NCBI GenBank assembly: GCA_047605265.1
Contig: JASGFY010000008.1
Location: 22,678 to 86,677 of the forward strand
Length of the DNA: 64,000 nt
From: Solimonas sp.
Lineage (GTDB): Bacteria > Pseudomonadota > Gammaproteobacteria > Nevskiales > Nevskiaceae
Direction: 5' to 3'
Made by a program: the position numbers and the translations under genes. The notes under the pieces are model-generated. The model was not told where the DNA came from, searched no databases, and worked only from the letters and a program-made list of their open reading frames with translations. Shown here piece by piece: positions 47,757 through 57,447 of this stretch (position 1 is the stretch's first letter; every line of letters starts with the position of its first letter).

Positions 47757-50543
47757 TCAGCGCAGCTTCTGTCCGTCGGCGTCGAGCACGCTGATGTCGT
47801 GGATGCTGAGGCTCGGGGCGAGCTTGCGCACCGGGCCTTCGATCCTGGCGACGTCGCCGATGACGATCCAGGTCAGCGCGTCCGGACGCACGAGGCGCCG
47901 CGTCGCCGCGTTGACCGCATTCGGCCCCAGCGCGTCGAGCTTGGCGACCACGTTGTTCCAGTAATCGTCCGGCAACCCGTAGGTCAGCGTCGTGGTGTAT
48001 GAGCCGGCGACGTCGGAAGCGGTCTCGTTGTCGCCGGGCAGCGACAGCGCGACGCTGTCGCGCGCGAAGTCGAGTTCCTGCGCGGTCAGCGGCTGCCGGC
48101 CGATCGCGGCCGCCAGTTCCTTGTGCATTTCACCGATCGATTCGACGGTCTTGTCGGCCTGCACCGGCGCGTACGCGAAGAACGGGCGCTGCGCCTTGGC
48201 GCCGCCGATCGCCGCGAAGGCGCCGTAGCTCCAGTGCTTGTCCTCGCGCAGGTTCAGGTTGAGCCGCGAGACGAAGTTGCCGCCGAGCACGGTCGTCACC
48301 ATCTGCAGCGCGAGATCGTCCGGGTCCGACTTCGGCGGCGCCAGTTCGGCGGCCATGATCAGCGTCTGCTCGGCGCCGGTCTTGTTGACCAGCACCAGGC
48401 GCGGCTGGTCCGGGGTGGCGACCGTGGCGAGATTCTTGTGCGGCAGGGGCTCGGCCGGCGCCCGCCATTGACCGAACTGCGCTTCGAGCAGCGGCCGTAT
48501 CTCGGCGAGCGTGGTGTCGCCGACGATCAGCAGTGTCGCGTTGTCCGGGCGCAGCCAGCGCCGATAAAACGCGCGCAGGTCCGATACCCGCATCGCCGCG
48601 ACGCTGGCCTCGGTGCCGGAGCCGGAGACGGGATTGGCGTAGGCGTGGTCGGCCCCGTACAGAAGCCTGGTGTAGATCCGCCGGGCGAGGCCGAAGGCCT
48701 GCGCCTTCTCCTGCTGGATCGCGGCGAGCTGCAGCTTCTTGAGGCGCTCGAGCTCCTGGTCGGGGAAGGTCGGGCGCAGCACGACGTCGGCGTACAGCGC
48801 GAGGCTGGGCTGCAGCTTGGCCTTCAGCGCATTGAGCTTGACGAACGAGGTGTCGAGCGTCGAGCCGGTGCCGATCAGCGCGCCCAGCTTTTCGCTGGCG
48901 GCCGCCAGCGACAGCGCGTCGTACGGTCCGGCGCCTTCGTCGAGCATGTCGAAGGTCAGGCGCGCGGTGCCCGGCGCGGCGCCGGCGTCGGCGGCGTAGC
49001 CGGCGTCGGCGAGCAGGCTGAACTGCACGACCGGCGCGTCATGGCGCTCGGCGAGCGCGATTTTCAGGCCGTTCGACAGCGTCGCGTGCTGCAGCGGCGG
49101 CAGCTTCAGCGCCGGCGGTTCGCCGAGCGCCGGCAGCTGGCTGCGGTCGGCACCGGTGGCGGCCGTCGTGTAGTCGGGGAAGGGCTGCACGTCGAGCTTG
49201 AAGACGCCGTCCGCCAGCCAGCGCTGCGCGACGGCGCGCACGGTGTCCGGCGTCGCCTTCTTCACTTCGTCGAGTTCGGCCGTGTAGCGCTCCGGCGTGC
49301 CGCAGTAGACCTGGTACTGCGCGAGCTGTGCCGACTTGCCGCCGAAGCCGTCGATGCGTTCGAGGCCGCGGATCGCCGAGGCGAACAACGAGGTTTTGAC
49401 GCGCGCCAGCTCTTCGGCGGTCGGGCCTTCGCGCAGGAAGCGGCGCACTTCCTCGTCGACTGCGCGCTCGACGGCGGCGCTGTCGCCGCCGGGCCTGACC
49501 GTCGTATCGATCGTGAACTGCGAGCCGATCTCGAACGGGCCGATGCCGACGCTGACGCTGGTGGCGCTCTGGTCCTGGTAGACGAGCCGCTTGTAGAGGC
49601 GGCTGTTCTTGCCGTCGCCGAGCACCGACGCGGCCAGCGACAGCAGGTTGGCGTCCGGATCGCAGAAGCCGGGGACGTTCCAGACTTGATAGAGCCGCGC
49701 CTGCGGCACGCGGTCCTGCATCGACGCGCGCTTCTCGCCCTGCATCTTGGCGACCCACGGGCCCTGATGCCGCAGCGGCGGTCCGGACGGAATGTCGCCG
49801 AAGTAGTGTTCGACCTTCTGCAGGATCCGGGCCGGGTCGACGTCGCCGGCGATCACCAGCGTGGCGTTGGCGGCGCCGTAGTGCTCCTGGAACCAGGCCT
49901 TGACGTCTTCGAGCCTGGCAGCATTGAGGTCCGCCTCGGAGCCGATCGTCGTCCACGAATACGGATGGCCGGCCGGGTAGGTGGAAGCGGCGAGGAAATC
50001 GTCGACCTTGCCGTAGGGCTCGTTCTCGTCCTGGCGCTTTTCGTTGAGGACGACGCCGCGCTGCTCGTCGAGCCGGGCCTGGTCGATCGCGCCGACGAGG
50101 TGGCCCATGCGGTCGGATTCCAGCCACAGCGTGCGGTCGAGCGCGCTGGTCGGCACGTTCTCGAAATAGTTCGTGCGGTCGTACCAGGTGGTGCCGTTCA
50201 TCTTCGTCGCGCCGGCCGGTTCGAGCGGGCGGAAGAACTCGTCGTTGTAGTGCTCCGAGCCGTTGAACATCAGGTGTTCGAACAGATGCGCGAAGCCGTG
50301 CAGGCCGGCCGGCTCGTCCTTGCTGCCGACGTGATACCAGACGTTGACGGCGACGATCGGCGCCTTGTGATCCTCGTGGATGATCAGCGTCAGCCCGTTC
50401 GGCAGAATATGGCGCTCGTACGGAATGCGGATGTCGGGGAACTCGTTCGCGCCCGCGTCGGTGGGGGCTTTCGCGGGTTTCGCGGCGGCGGCCGCCGCGA
50501 ACGAGACGGCGGCCAGGCAGGCGGCCGCGACAAGACGTTTCAT
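47757..50543 (-). CDS. Secreted M16 family zinc protease (pitrilysin/PqqL-like, two modules)
   Basis: Signal peptide, HLFEH inverted zinc motif, NGTTWYDRTNY and a second module ending LNLNLREDKHWSYG. Confidence 0.93.
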   Translation of the reverse strand: MKRLVAAACLAAVSFAAAAAAKPAKAPTDAGANEFPDIRIPYERHILPNGLTLIIHEDHKAPIVAVNVWYHVGSKDEPAGLHGFAHLFEHLMFNGSEHYNDEFFRPLEPAGATKMNGTTWYDRTNYFENVPTSALDRTLWLESDRMGHLVGAIDQARLDEQRGVVLNEKRQDENEPYGKVDDFLAASTYPAGHPYSWTTIGSEADLNAARLEDVKAWFQEHYGAANATLVIAGDVDPARILQKVEHYFGDIPSGPPLRHQGPWVAKMQGEKRASMQDRVPQARLYQVWNVPGFCDPDANLLSLAASVLGDGKNSRLYKRLVYQDQSATSVSVGIGPFEIGSQFTIDTTVRPGGDSAAVERAVDEEVRRFLREGPTAEELARVKTSLFASAIRGLERIDGFGGKSAQLAQYQVYCGTPERYTAELDEVKKATPDTVRAVAQRWLADGVFKLDVQPFPDYTTAATGADRSQLPALGEPPALKLPPLQHATLSNGLKIALAERHDAPVVQFSLLADAGYAADAGAAPGTARLTFDMLDEGAGPYDALSLAAASEKLGALIGTGSTLDTSFVKLNALKAKLQPSLALYADVVLRPTFPDQELERLKKLQLAAIQQEKAQAFGLARRIYTRLLYGADHAYANPVSGSGTEASVAAMRVSDLRAFYRRWLRPDNATLLIVGDTTLAEIRPLLEAQFGQWRAPAEPLPHKNLATVATPDQPRLVLVNKTGAEQTLIMAAELAPPKSDPDDLALQMVTTVLGGNFVSRLNLNLREDKHWSYGAFAAIGGAKAQRPFFAYAPVQADKTVESIGEMHKELAAAIGRQPLTAQELDFARDSVALSLPGDNETASDVAGSYTTTLTYGLPDDYWNNVVAKLDALGPNAVNAATRRLVRPDALTWIVIGDVARIEGPVRKLAPSLSIHDISVLDADGQKLR

Positions 50544-50635
50544 AGAAGAGTCCATGCAGCGATGGGTAAGAGCGGATGATCGGACAGACGCGCGGGCGGC
50601 GCAAAGGTTCCCGCAAAAGTTCCCTGCGGCCGACG

Positions 50636-51187
50636 GTGACGGCCGGCGGCTGGCTGGCCGGCGCGCGCATCTGCCCGTCGCCGAACTGCGACGCGCGGCC
50701 CGACGCCGGCGACATCAGCCTGCTGGTGATCCACAACATCTCGCTGCCGCCCGGCCGCTTCGGCGGCCCGCACATCGATGCGCTGTTCACCAACGCGCTC
50801 GACCCGGCGGCGCATCCGTATTTCGCGACGGTCCACGCGCTGCGCGTGTCCGCGCACCTGCTGATCGCACGCGACGGCCGCGTCACGCAGTATGTGCCGT
50901 TCACGGCGCGCGCCTGGCATGCCGGCTTGTCCCGCTACGAAGGCCGCGAACGCTGTAATGATTTCTCGATCGGCATCGAACTCGAAGGCACGGACGACAA
51001 GCCCTTTACCGCCAGGCAGTACGCGAAGCTGATCGCCGTGACGAAGGCGCTGCTCGCGACCTATCCGCGGATGAACGCCGCGCGCATCGCCGGCCATTCC
51101 GACATCGCGCCGGGCCGCAAGACCGATCCGGGGCCGCATTTCGACTGGGCGCGCTATCGCGCCGCACTCGCCGCTCCGTCACACTGA
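50636..51187 (+). CDS. ampD: 1,6-anhydro-N-acetylmuramyl-L-alanine amidase
   Basis: PSPN, VIHNISLPPG, VSAHLLI, RAWHAG, SIGIELEG and GHSDIAPGRKTDPG. Start uncertain (GTG 50636 versus ATG 50576). Confidence 0.95.
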   Translation: MTAGGWLAGARICPSPNCDARPDAGDISLLVIHNISLPPGRFGGPHIDALFTNALDPAAHPYFATVHALRVSAHLLIARDGRVTQYVPFTARAWHAGLSRYEGRERCNDFSIGIELEGTDDKPFTARQYAKLIAVTKALLATYPRMNAARIAGHSDIAPGRKTDPGPHFDWARYRAALAAPSH

Positions 51188-51191
51188 GCGC

Positions 51192-52055
51192 ATGACCCTG
51201 ATCGGCATCCTCATCGCCCTCGGCCTCGAACGCGTGCTCGGCCGCATCCCCGGCTGGGGCCGGCCGGTGATTTTCCTGTGGGTGATGCGCGCCGTGCACG
51301 CCGTGGTGCCGGCCGCGCTGTGGGCATCGCCGCTGCTGCCGATCGCCACGGTCGCGCTGCCGGTCGCGCTGGTCTGGTGGGCATACGGGCAGATCTGGAG
51401 CCCGGTGCTGGCGCTGTGCGCGGCGGCGGCGGTGCTGCTGCTGTGCCTCGGGCCGCGCGATCTCGCCGAGGACGTGAACGACCTGCTGGCGGCGCGCGAG
51501 GCGGGCGACATGGCGCGCGTGCAGCAGATCGCGCGCAATCTGCAGCGTGGTCCGCAGCCCGACGAGAGCCATCGCTCGCTGATGGGCACGCTGTTCATCC
51601 AGTCGCACGAAAAGCTGTTCGGCGTGCTGCTGTGGTTCTTCGTGTTCGGTCCGGCCGGCGCGGTCGCCTACCGGCTCGCCTGCCGCCTGCCGCGGCTGCT
51701 GCACGCGACGGCCCCGGATTCGCTGGCCGCGCGCACCGCGGGCTGGCTGCACAATCTGCTGGCCTGGGTGCCGGTGCGCATCACGACCCTGCTGTTCGGC
51801 CTCGCCGGCAGCCTCGACGACGCGCTGGCGGCCTGGCGCTCGCTGATGCGGCAGCCGCTGCACGGCTGGCGCTCGCACACCTGGGCGCTGCTTGCCGAAA
51901 TCTCGGTCGCGTCGCTGCGCGTCGAGAGCGCCGACGGTGCCGCCGAGCCGGTCCAGCTCGGCTCCGCCCTGCGCGAAGTCCTGCGCATGCAGTGGCGCGC
52001 GCTGCTGATCCTGCTGGCGTTCTTCGCGATCTTCGCGACCGGCAGCATTTTCTGA
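51192..52055 (+). CDS. ampE: AmpE / CobD-CbiB-like membrane protein
   Basis: Directly after ampD. LFGVLLWF...GPAGAVAYRL and LAWVPVR. Confidence 0.8.
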   Translation: MTLIGILIALGLERVLGRIPGWGRPVIFLWVMRAVHAVVPAALWASPLLPIATVALPVALVWWAYGQIWSPVLALCAAAAVLLLCLGPRDLAEDVNDLLAAREAGDMARVQQIARNLQRGPQPDESHRSLMGTLFIQSHEKLFGVLLWFFVFGPAGAVAYRLACRLPRLLHATAPDSLAARTAGWLHNLLAWVPVRITTLLFGLAGSLDDALAAWRSLMRQPLHGWRSHTWALLAEISVASLRVESADGAAEPVQLGSALREVLRMQWRALLILLAFFAIFATGSIF

Positions 52056-52915
52056 TGCGCGCCTGGACGCGTGGCGCGGCGGCGCTGCTTCTGGGCTTCG
52101 CCGCCGGCGCCGGCGCCGCCGAGCGCATCGTCACGCTGGCGCCGCATCTCGCCGAACTGGCCTGCGCCGTCGGCGCCTGCGAAGAGCTGGTCGGCGTCGC
52201 GGCGTATACCGACGCGCCCCCGCAGGCCGCGAAACGGCCGCAGATCGGCAGCGCGCTGGCGATCAACCGCGAAGCCGTGCTCGCGCTGCAGCCGACGCGC
52301 GTGCTGGCCTGGCAGGGCGGCACGCCGGAAACCGCGATCGCGCAGCTGCGCGGACTGGGGCTGCGCGTCGAGCCGGTCGCGATCGACGATCTCGACGCGA
52401 TCGCGCCGACGCTCGCGACGCTCGGCGCCGAGCTCGGCCATCCCGAGCAGGGCCGCGCCGCGGCGGCGGCTTACGCACGGCGGCTCGCCGCCCTGCGCGC
52501 GCAGTATCGCGGCCGGCCGCGGCTGCGGGCCTTCTACCAGATCGAGACCGGACCCGTTTATACGGTCAGCGCGCGCAGCCCGATCAGCGCCGCGCTCGAT
52601 CTGTGCGGCGCCGACAACGTGTTCGCCCGCTTGCCGGCGCTGTCGGCGATCGTCAGTGACGAAGCCGTGCTCGCCGCCGATCCGCAGGTGGTTGTGCACG
52701 CCGCCGACGAGGACGCGCGCGGCATGCAAGCCTACTGGCGCCGGCTCGGCGGCGTGCAGGCCGCCGATCCGCGGCGGCGCGTCGCGATCGACGCGAACCT
52801 GCTGACGCGACAGTCGCCGCGCGTGCTCGACGGCATCGCCGATCTCTGCGCGGGGCTCGACCGCGTGCGCGCCTGCGCGGTGCGGCCGGCGGCGCGCGAC
52901 TGCGCCGCGCCGTGA
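52055..52915 (+). CDS. Periplasmic cobalamin-binding (BtuF-like) protein
   Basis: RIVTLAPHLAEL, VGVAAYTD, EAVLALQP and EAVLAADPQ. TGATG overlap with ampE. Confidence 0.8.
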   Translation: MRAWTRGAAALLLGFAAGAGAAERIVTLAPHLAELACAVGACEELVGVAAYTDAPPQAAKRPQIGSALAINREAVLALQPTRVLAWQGGTPETAIAQLRGLGLRVEPVAIDDLDAIAPTLATLGAELGHPEQGRAAAAAYARRLAALRAQYRGRPRLRAFYQIETGPVYTVSARSPISAALDLCGADNVFARLPALSAIVSDEAVLAADPQVVVHAADEDARGMQAYWRRLGGVQAADPRRRVAIDANLLTRQSPRVLDGIADLCAGLDRVRACAVRPAARDCAAP

Positions 52916-52924
52916 AGCGCGCCG

Positions 52925-53470
52925 TCAGGCGTGCTGCCAGATCACTTCGCGACCGCCGTCGGCGCGCGCGAGCTGGCGCGAGATCACGAACAGCAGATCG
53001 GACAGGCGGTTCAGGTAGCGCAGCGCCGCCGGATTGAGCGGCGCCGCTTCGTGCACCGCCCACAGGCTGCGCTCGGCGCGGCGCGCGACGGCGCGCGCGA
53101 GGTGCGATTGCGCGGCGATCGGACGGCCGCCGGGCAGCACGAAATCCTTCAGCGGCGGCAGCTCGGCATTGAAGGCCGCGACCCACTCCTCGAGCTGCGC
53201 GACGTGCTCGTCGCGGATCGCTGTGTGGCCCGGCATCGCCAGCTCGCCGCCGACGTCGAACAGGCGATGCTGGACGACGCTCAACGCGTCGCGGAACGGC
53301 GCCGGCAGCGCGGCGTCGGCGAGCAGCACGCCGAGCTGCGAGTTCAGCTCGTCGAGATCGCCCATCGCGCTGACGCGCGGATGCGTCTTGGCGACGCGGC
53401 CGCCGCTGGCCAGGCCGGTGGTGCCGGCGTCGCCGGTGCGCGTGACGATCTTGCTCAGTCGGTTGCCCAT
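52925..53470 (-). CDS. PduO-type ATP:cob(I)alamin adenosyltransferase
   Basis: MGNRLSKIVTRTGDAGTTGL, GDLDELNS, QHRLFDVG and YLNRLSDLLF. Confidence 0.93.
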   Translation of the reverse strand: MGNRLSKIVTRTGDAGTTGLASGGRVAKTHPRVSAMGDLDELNSQLGVLLADAALPAPFRDALSVVQHRLFDVGGELAMPGHTAIRDEHVAQLEEWVAAFNAELPPLKDFVLPGGRPIAAQSHLARAVARRAERSLWAVHEAAPLNPAALRYLNRLSDLLFVISRQLARADGGREVIWQHA

Positions 53471-53596
53471 CGTGTCGGCTCCGGTCGCGAGAGATGCCGA
53501 CTACATCGTTTCGGCGGCGGCGGCGCAAGCCGGAGGCGCGGTTCTGTCGCTCGCGCCGCGCCGCTATCATGCGCACCCCGAACGAGAGCACCGTCC

Positions 53597-54400
53597 ATGG
53601 CCAGCCCGCACCTCAGCGCCGCGCTCGACGCCGCGCGCGCCGCCACCGAGATCATCCGCAAGGCGTACCGCGGCAACTTCAGCGTCGAATACAAGGCCGA
53701 TGCGAGCCCCGTGACCGAAGTCGACGTCGCCGCCGAGCGCGCGATCAAGGCGGTGCTGCGCGAGCGCTTTCCGGATTACGGTTTCTACGGCGAGGAGACG
53801 GGCAGGGACGTCGCGTCCGGCAGCGAGTATCTCTGGCTCGTCGATCCGATCGACGGCACCAAGGCTTTCGTGCGCGGCTATCCGATCTTCTCGGTGCAGA
53901 TCGCGCTGATGCGCGGCAGCGAGCTGATCCTGGGCGTGTCCTGCGCGCCGTGCTGGAACGAGGGGCTCGGCGAAGTCGCCTGGGCCGAGCGCGGCGCCGG
54001 CGCCTGGCGCGGCCTGCTCGGCACGCCGCTCGACGGCTACGAGCGCCTGCGGGTGTCGACAATCGACCAGCTCGGCAAGGCCACCCTGTCGACCGGCAAT
54101 CTGGCCACGCTGGCGAAGTCGCCGCAGTGGGCGGAGCTTGGCCGCCTGATCCCGCAGCTGCACCGCATCCGCGGCTATGGCGACTTCGTGCACTACCACT
54201 ACCTGGCGGGCGGCAAGCTCGATGCGGTGGTGGAGTCCGACGTCAACATTCTCGACATCGCGGCCCTCGCGGTGATCGTCGAGGAGGCCGGCGGCCGCTT
54301 CACCGATCTCAACGGCCGTCCGCCGAGCCTCGAGACGCGCACCGTGCTGGCCAGCAACGGCCGCCTGCACGAAGCGTTCGCGCCCCTGGCCGTGCCCTGA
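53597..54400 (+). CDS. Inositol monophosphatase family protein (HisN-like)
   Basis: FYGEE, WLVDPIDGTKAF, RGYGD and DIAALAVIVEEAGG. Confidence 0.88.
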   Translation: MASPHLSAALDAARAATEIIRKAYRGNFSVEYKADASPVTEVDVAAERAIKAVLRERFPDYGFYGEETGRDVASGSEYLWLVDPIDGTKAFVRGYPIFSVQIALMRGSELILGVSCAPCWNEGLGEVAWAERGAGAWRGLLGTPLDGYERLRVSTIDQLGKATLSTGNLATLAKSPQWAELGRLIPQLHRIRGYGDFVHYHYLAGGKLDAVVESDVNILDIAALAVIVEEAGGRFTDLNGRPPSLETRTVLASNGRLHEAFAPLAVP

Positions 54401-54408
54401 AGTCCGTT

Positions 54409-54450
54409 CGCACGGCGCGCGGTCCGCGCCGGCGCCTGGCGCGCCGTGCG
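54409..54450. repeat. 12-bp inverted repeat sharing the CGCACGGC core with the 34418 hairpin
   Basis: CGCACGGCGCGC ... GCGCGCCGTGCG. Confidence 0.65.
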
Positions 54451-54505
54451 CCGCGCGTGCCGCGCAGGCCGGTGATTGCGCCGCGCGCGGTCTTCCGCTT
54501 AAGTG

Positions 54506-54524
54506 AGAGAGAATTATTCTCATT
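54506..54524. promoter_or_regulatory. Fur box-like operator
   Basis: AGAGAGAATTATTCTCATT with a perfect GAGAAT-T-ATTCTC core. An AT-rich island in about 70% GC sequence. Confidence 0.7.
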
Positions 54525-54717
54525 CCTGTGACGCCGGTGTCCGCCGCCGAGCAGCATCCGTTTCGTCGGCCGCTTCCTCGAGCGTGTCGTAGTACGAGTC
54601 GGCCGCGCTCGCCAGCGACAGCAGCGAGACGTAGGTCTCCTGCCCGGACTCGGTCGTCAGATCGAGCGAATCGACCAGCTCGCGGAAGCCCTCGCGCGTC
54701 GTTGGCAGCGTGTACCC
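54520..54717 (-). pseudogene. Fragment resembling phage tail tape-measure-like repeat region
   Basis: GYTLPTTREGFRELVDSLDLTTESGQETYVSLLSLASAADSYY resembles a motif I recall from proteobacterial phage tape-measure proteins. There is no start or other phage gene nearby. Confidence 0.5.
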
Positions 54718-55677
54718 GCAGCAGATCGTCACCTTGATCTTCGTCGACGACGACGAGCCGCAGGTACTGGTGTCGATGGCGCCGTCGTGGGCGGCCTCGC
54801 GGGATGAGCCCAAGAGCAATCACTTCATCAAGTTCGATGCGCGCACCGGGCAGGTGCTGAAGGAATCCGACCCGCCGGACCGCCGTTGCCTGACATTCCT
54901 GCAGCTCGTGTTCAAGCTGCACACGGATCTGTTCGCGGAATTGCCGGGCGAGCTGTTTCTCGGTCTCATGGGCCTGCTGTTCGTCGTCGCCATCGTCTCC
55001 GGCATCGTGCTGTACGGGCCGTTCATGAAGAAGCTCGATTTCGGCACGGTGCGCGCGAACCGTTCGCCGCGCCTGAAATGGGTGGACCTTCACAACCTGC
55101 TCGGCATCGTCACGCTGGCCTGAGCGCTGGTGGTCGGCTTCACCGGCGTCGTCAACAGAGTTGTCCGCACCGTTGTTCACGCTGTGGCAGCGGACCGACG
55201 TGCAGGACATGCTGAGACCGTGGCAGGGCAAGCCGCCGCAGCAGCAGGCCGAACTCGGCCCGGCGCAGGCGGCTTTCGACGCGGCGCGCGCTGCCGGGCA
55301 TGCGGGTCACCAGCATCGTTTATCCCGGCAGCCGTTTCGGCAGCCCGCATCACTTCCTGCTGTGGGCCAGGGGCGAGACGCCGCTGACTTCACGTCTGTT
55401 CAGTCCGGTGCTGGTGAACGCGCGCAACGGCGAGCTGACCGCCGTGGCCAGGATGCCGTGGTATCTGCGCGCGCTGGAAGTCTCGCGTCCGCTGCACTTC
55501 GGCGACTATGGCGGCCTGCCATTAAAGATCCTCTGGACGCTGCTCGATCTCGTCACGATCGTCGTGCTCGGCAGCGGTTTGTACCTGTGGATCGCGCGGC
55601 GCCGGCGGACGCAGGCGCGGATCGACGGGCTGGCGCGGCGCTACGCGGCGGTGACGCGCAAGGAACTTGCGGCATGA
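54710..55677 (+). pseudogene. PepSY-associated TM-helix (iron-regulated membrane) protein, decayed
   Basis: LVFKLHTDLFA...GLMGLLF...LHNLLGIV, premature TGA at 55121-55123, frameshifts near 55158 and 55290, and C-terminal PLHFGDYGGLPLKILW. N-terminal TM is missing. Confidence 0.85.
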
Positions 55678-55835
55678 AGGCGCGCGGCTTGCCCGACGTC
55701 CGGCGCGTGCCGCTGCTGCTGGCGGCGCTGCTGGGGACCGGGATCTGGCATGCGCTGGCTTGGCTGGCGCTCGGCACGCCGCTGGCCGTCGCCATGTATC
55801 ACGCGTGTGCCGGCCGCATGCGTGATCCGGGTTCA
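55674..55835 (+). pseudogene. Small membrane companion of PepSY operons, apparently damaged
   Basis: ATG overlaps the PepSY stop. LLGTGIWHALAWLALGTPLAVA. No nearby stop, so the frame runs into the opposite-strand HAD gene. Confidence 0.45.
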
Positions 55836-56489
55836 GCGCAGGCTGATGACGGACCAGCCGCGGCTCTGCGCCGTGGCGCGCAGCACGGCGTCCGGATCGA
55901 CCGCGACCGCGGTCTGCGCTTCCTCGAGCAGCGGAATGTCGTTGCGCGAGTCGCTGTAGGCCGTCAGATGCGCGTACGGCTCGGTCTGCACGGCCAGCCA
56001 CTGCCGCAGGCGCTGCACCTTGCCGCCTTGGAAATTCGGGATGCCTTCGATCCGGCCGGTGTAGCGGCCGTCGACGACTTCGGGATCGGTGGCGATCAGG
56101 TTCGGCACGCCGAGCAGCGCGGCGATCGGTTCGGTGATGAAACGGCTCGTCGCCGTGGTGATCAGCAGCACGTCGCCTTGCGTGCGGTGCTTTTCGAGCA
56201 GCGCCGGCGCGCCCGGTGCGACGATCGGTGCGACCCATTCGGCGACGAAGCGCTCGCGCAGCGCCAGCATCCGCGCCAGCGGCTGCTCGACGAGCGGGCG
56301 CAGGCTGAACGCGGCGTACTCATGGATGTCGAGCGTGCCGGCCGTGTAAAGGCCGTAGAAGCGCTCGTTCTCCCGCGCGTAGCGCTCGGCATCGACGATG
56401 CCGTTTTCGATCATCCAGCGCCCCCACAGGTGATCGCTGTCACTGACCAGCAGGGTGTGGTCGAGATCGAAGACGGCGAGGCGGCGCAT
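55833..56489 (-). CDS. HAD-IB family phosphatase (histidinol-phosphatase candidate)
   Basis: FDLDHTL, ITATSRF, GKV, YSDSRNDIPLL and AVDPD. Divergent from rppH. Confidence 0.9.
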   Translation of the reverse strand: MRRLAVFDLDHTLLVSDSDHLWGRWMIENGIVDAERYARENERFYGLYTAGTLDIHEYAAFSLRPLVEQPLARMLALRERFVAEWVAPIVAPGAPALLEKHRTQGDVLLITTATSRFITEPIAALLGVPNLIATDPEVVDGRYTGRIEGIPNFQGGKVQRLRQWLAVQTEPYAHLTAYSDSRNDIPLLEEAQTAVAVDPDAVLRATAQSRGWSVISLR

Positions 56490-56604
56490 GCAGCGGTCCG
56501 GAATGTGACGGCGGTTGATGGCTGCGCAGGATAGCAGCCGCGCGTTGCCGGGCGATCGGCGCTTGTGGAACAATCGTTGCAAACCTTGCGATCGTTTCGC
56601 CCAA

Positions 56605-57123
56605 GTGATTGATGCAGATGGTTTTAGGCCGAATGTCGGCATTGTGCTCAGCAATGCCTGGGGCCAGCTTTTGTGGGCGAAACGCATCGGCCAGGATGCC
56701 TGGCAGTTTCCGCAGGGCGGCATCCAGCATGGCGAAAAGCCCGAGCAGGCCCTGTTTCGCGAACTCGGCGAAGAGCTCGGTCTCGGCCGCGACGATGTCC
56801 GCATCCTCGGCGTGACCTCGGGCTGGCTGCGCTACCGTCTGCCGAGCCGCTATCTTCGCCGTTCGCGCGGCCGCGTGTGCATCGGCCAGAAGCAGAAATG
56901 GTTCGCCCTGCGCCTTGTCTCCGACGATACGGCCGTGCGGCTCGACGCCAGCGCGAAACCGGAATTCGACGGCTGGCGCTGGGTCGACTACTGGCTGCCG
57001 CTCGACGAGGTCGTCGATTTCAAGCGCGAGGTTTACCAGTCAGCTCTGCGTGAGCTCTCGACGGTCCTCAGCCGGCGGGCACCGTCGGCGGGCGTTGCCG
57101 ATCACGGTTCGCTGCCCGGCTGA
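56605..57123 (+). CDS. rppH: RNA pyrophosphohydrolase
   Basis: [18 protein letters not shown] Nudix box [15 protein letters not shown] and EFDGWRWV. Confidence 0.97.
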   Translation: MIDADGFRPNVGIVLSNAWGQLLWAKRIGQDAWQFPQGGIQHGEKPEQALFRELGEELGLGRDDVRILGVTSGWLRYRLPSRYLRRSRGRVCIGQKQKWFALRLVSDDTAVRLDASAKPEFDGWRWVDYWLPLDEVVDFKREVYQSALRELSTVLSRRAPSAGVADHGSLPG

Positions 57124-57174
57124 CGGTCTGCGGTTCGCTTCGCGGAGCTTTTCGCAAACGAGATTTCAGGACTG

Positions 57175-57193
57175 TTGACATGGATTCTCATTT
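57175..57193 (+). promoter_or_regulatory. Fur box-like site overlapping a TTGACA -35 upstream of bfd
   Basis: TTGACATGGATTCTCATTT. The ATTCTCATT half-site is shared with the 54506 box. Confidence 0.55.
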
Positions 57194-57210
57194 CCGCAAC
57201 GATGGCCGCC

Positions 57211-57447
57211 ATGTTCATCTGTGTCTGCAAAGCCGTCTCCGACCGCATGATCCACCACGCCGTTCGCGAGGATGGGGTGACGAGCCTGCGCGAGCTGGCA
57301 CGCGGCTATGGGCTTGGCACCTGCTGCGGTAAATGCGTGCCGCAGGCCCGCGAGCTGCTCGGTGCCGCGTTGCGCGAACAGGAGGACACGGCGATCGACA
57401 CAGTGATCCCGCTCGCCGCGCTGCCGCCGTCCGCCGTCTGCGCCTGA
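57211..57447 (+). CDS. bfd: Bacterioferritin-associated ferredoxin
   Basis: MFICVCKAVSD...GTCCGKC. Located upstream of bfr. Confidence 0.93.
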   Translation: MFICVCKAVSDRMIHHAVREDGVTSLRELARGYGLGTCCGKCVPQARELLGAALREQEDTAIDTVIPLAALPPSAVCA

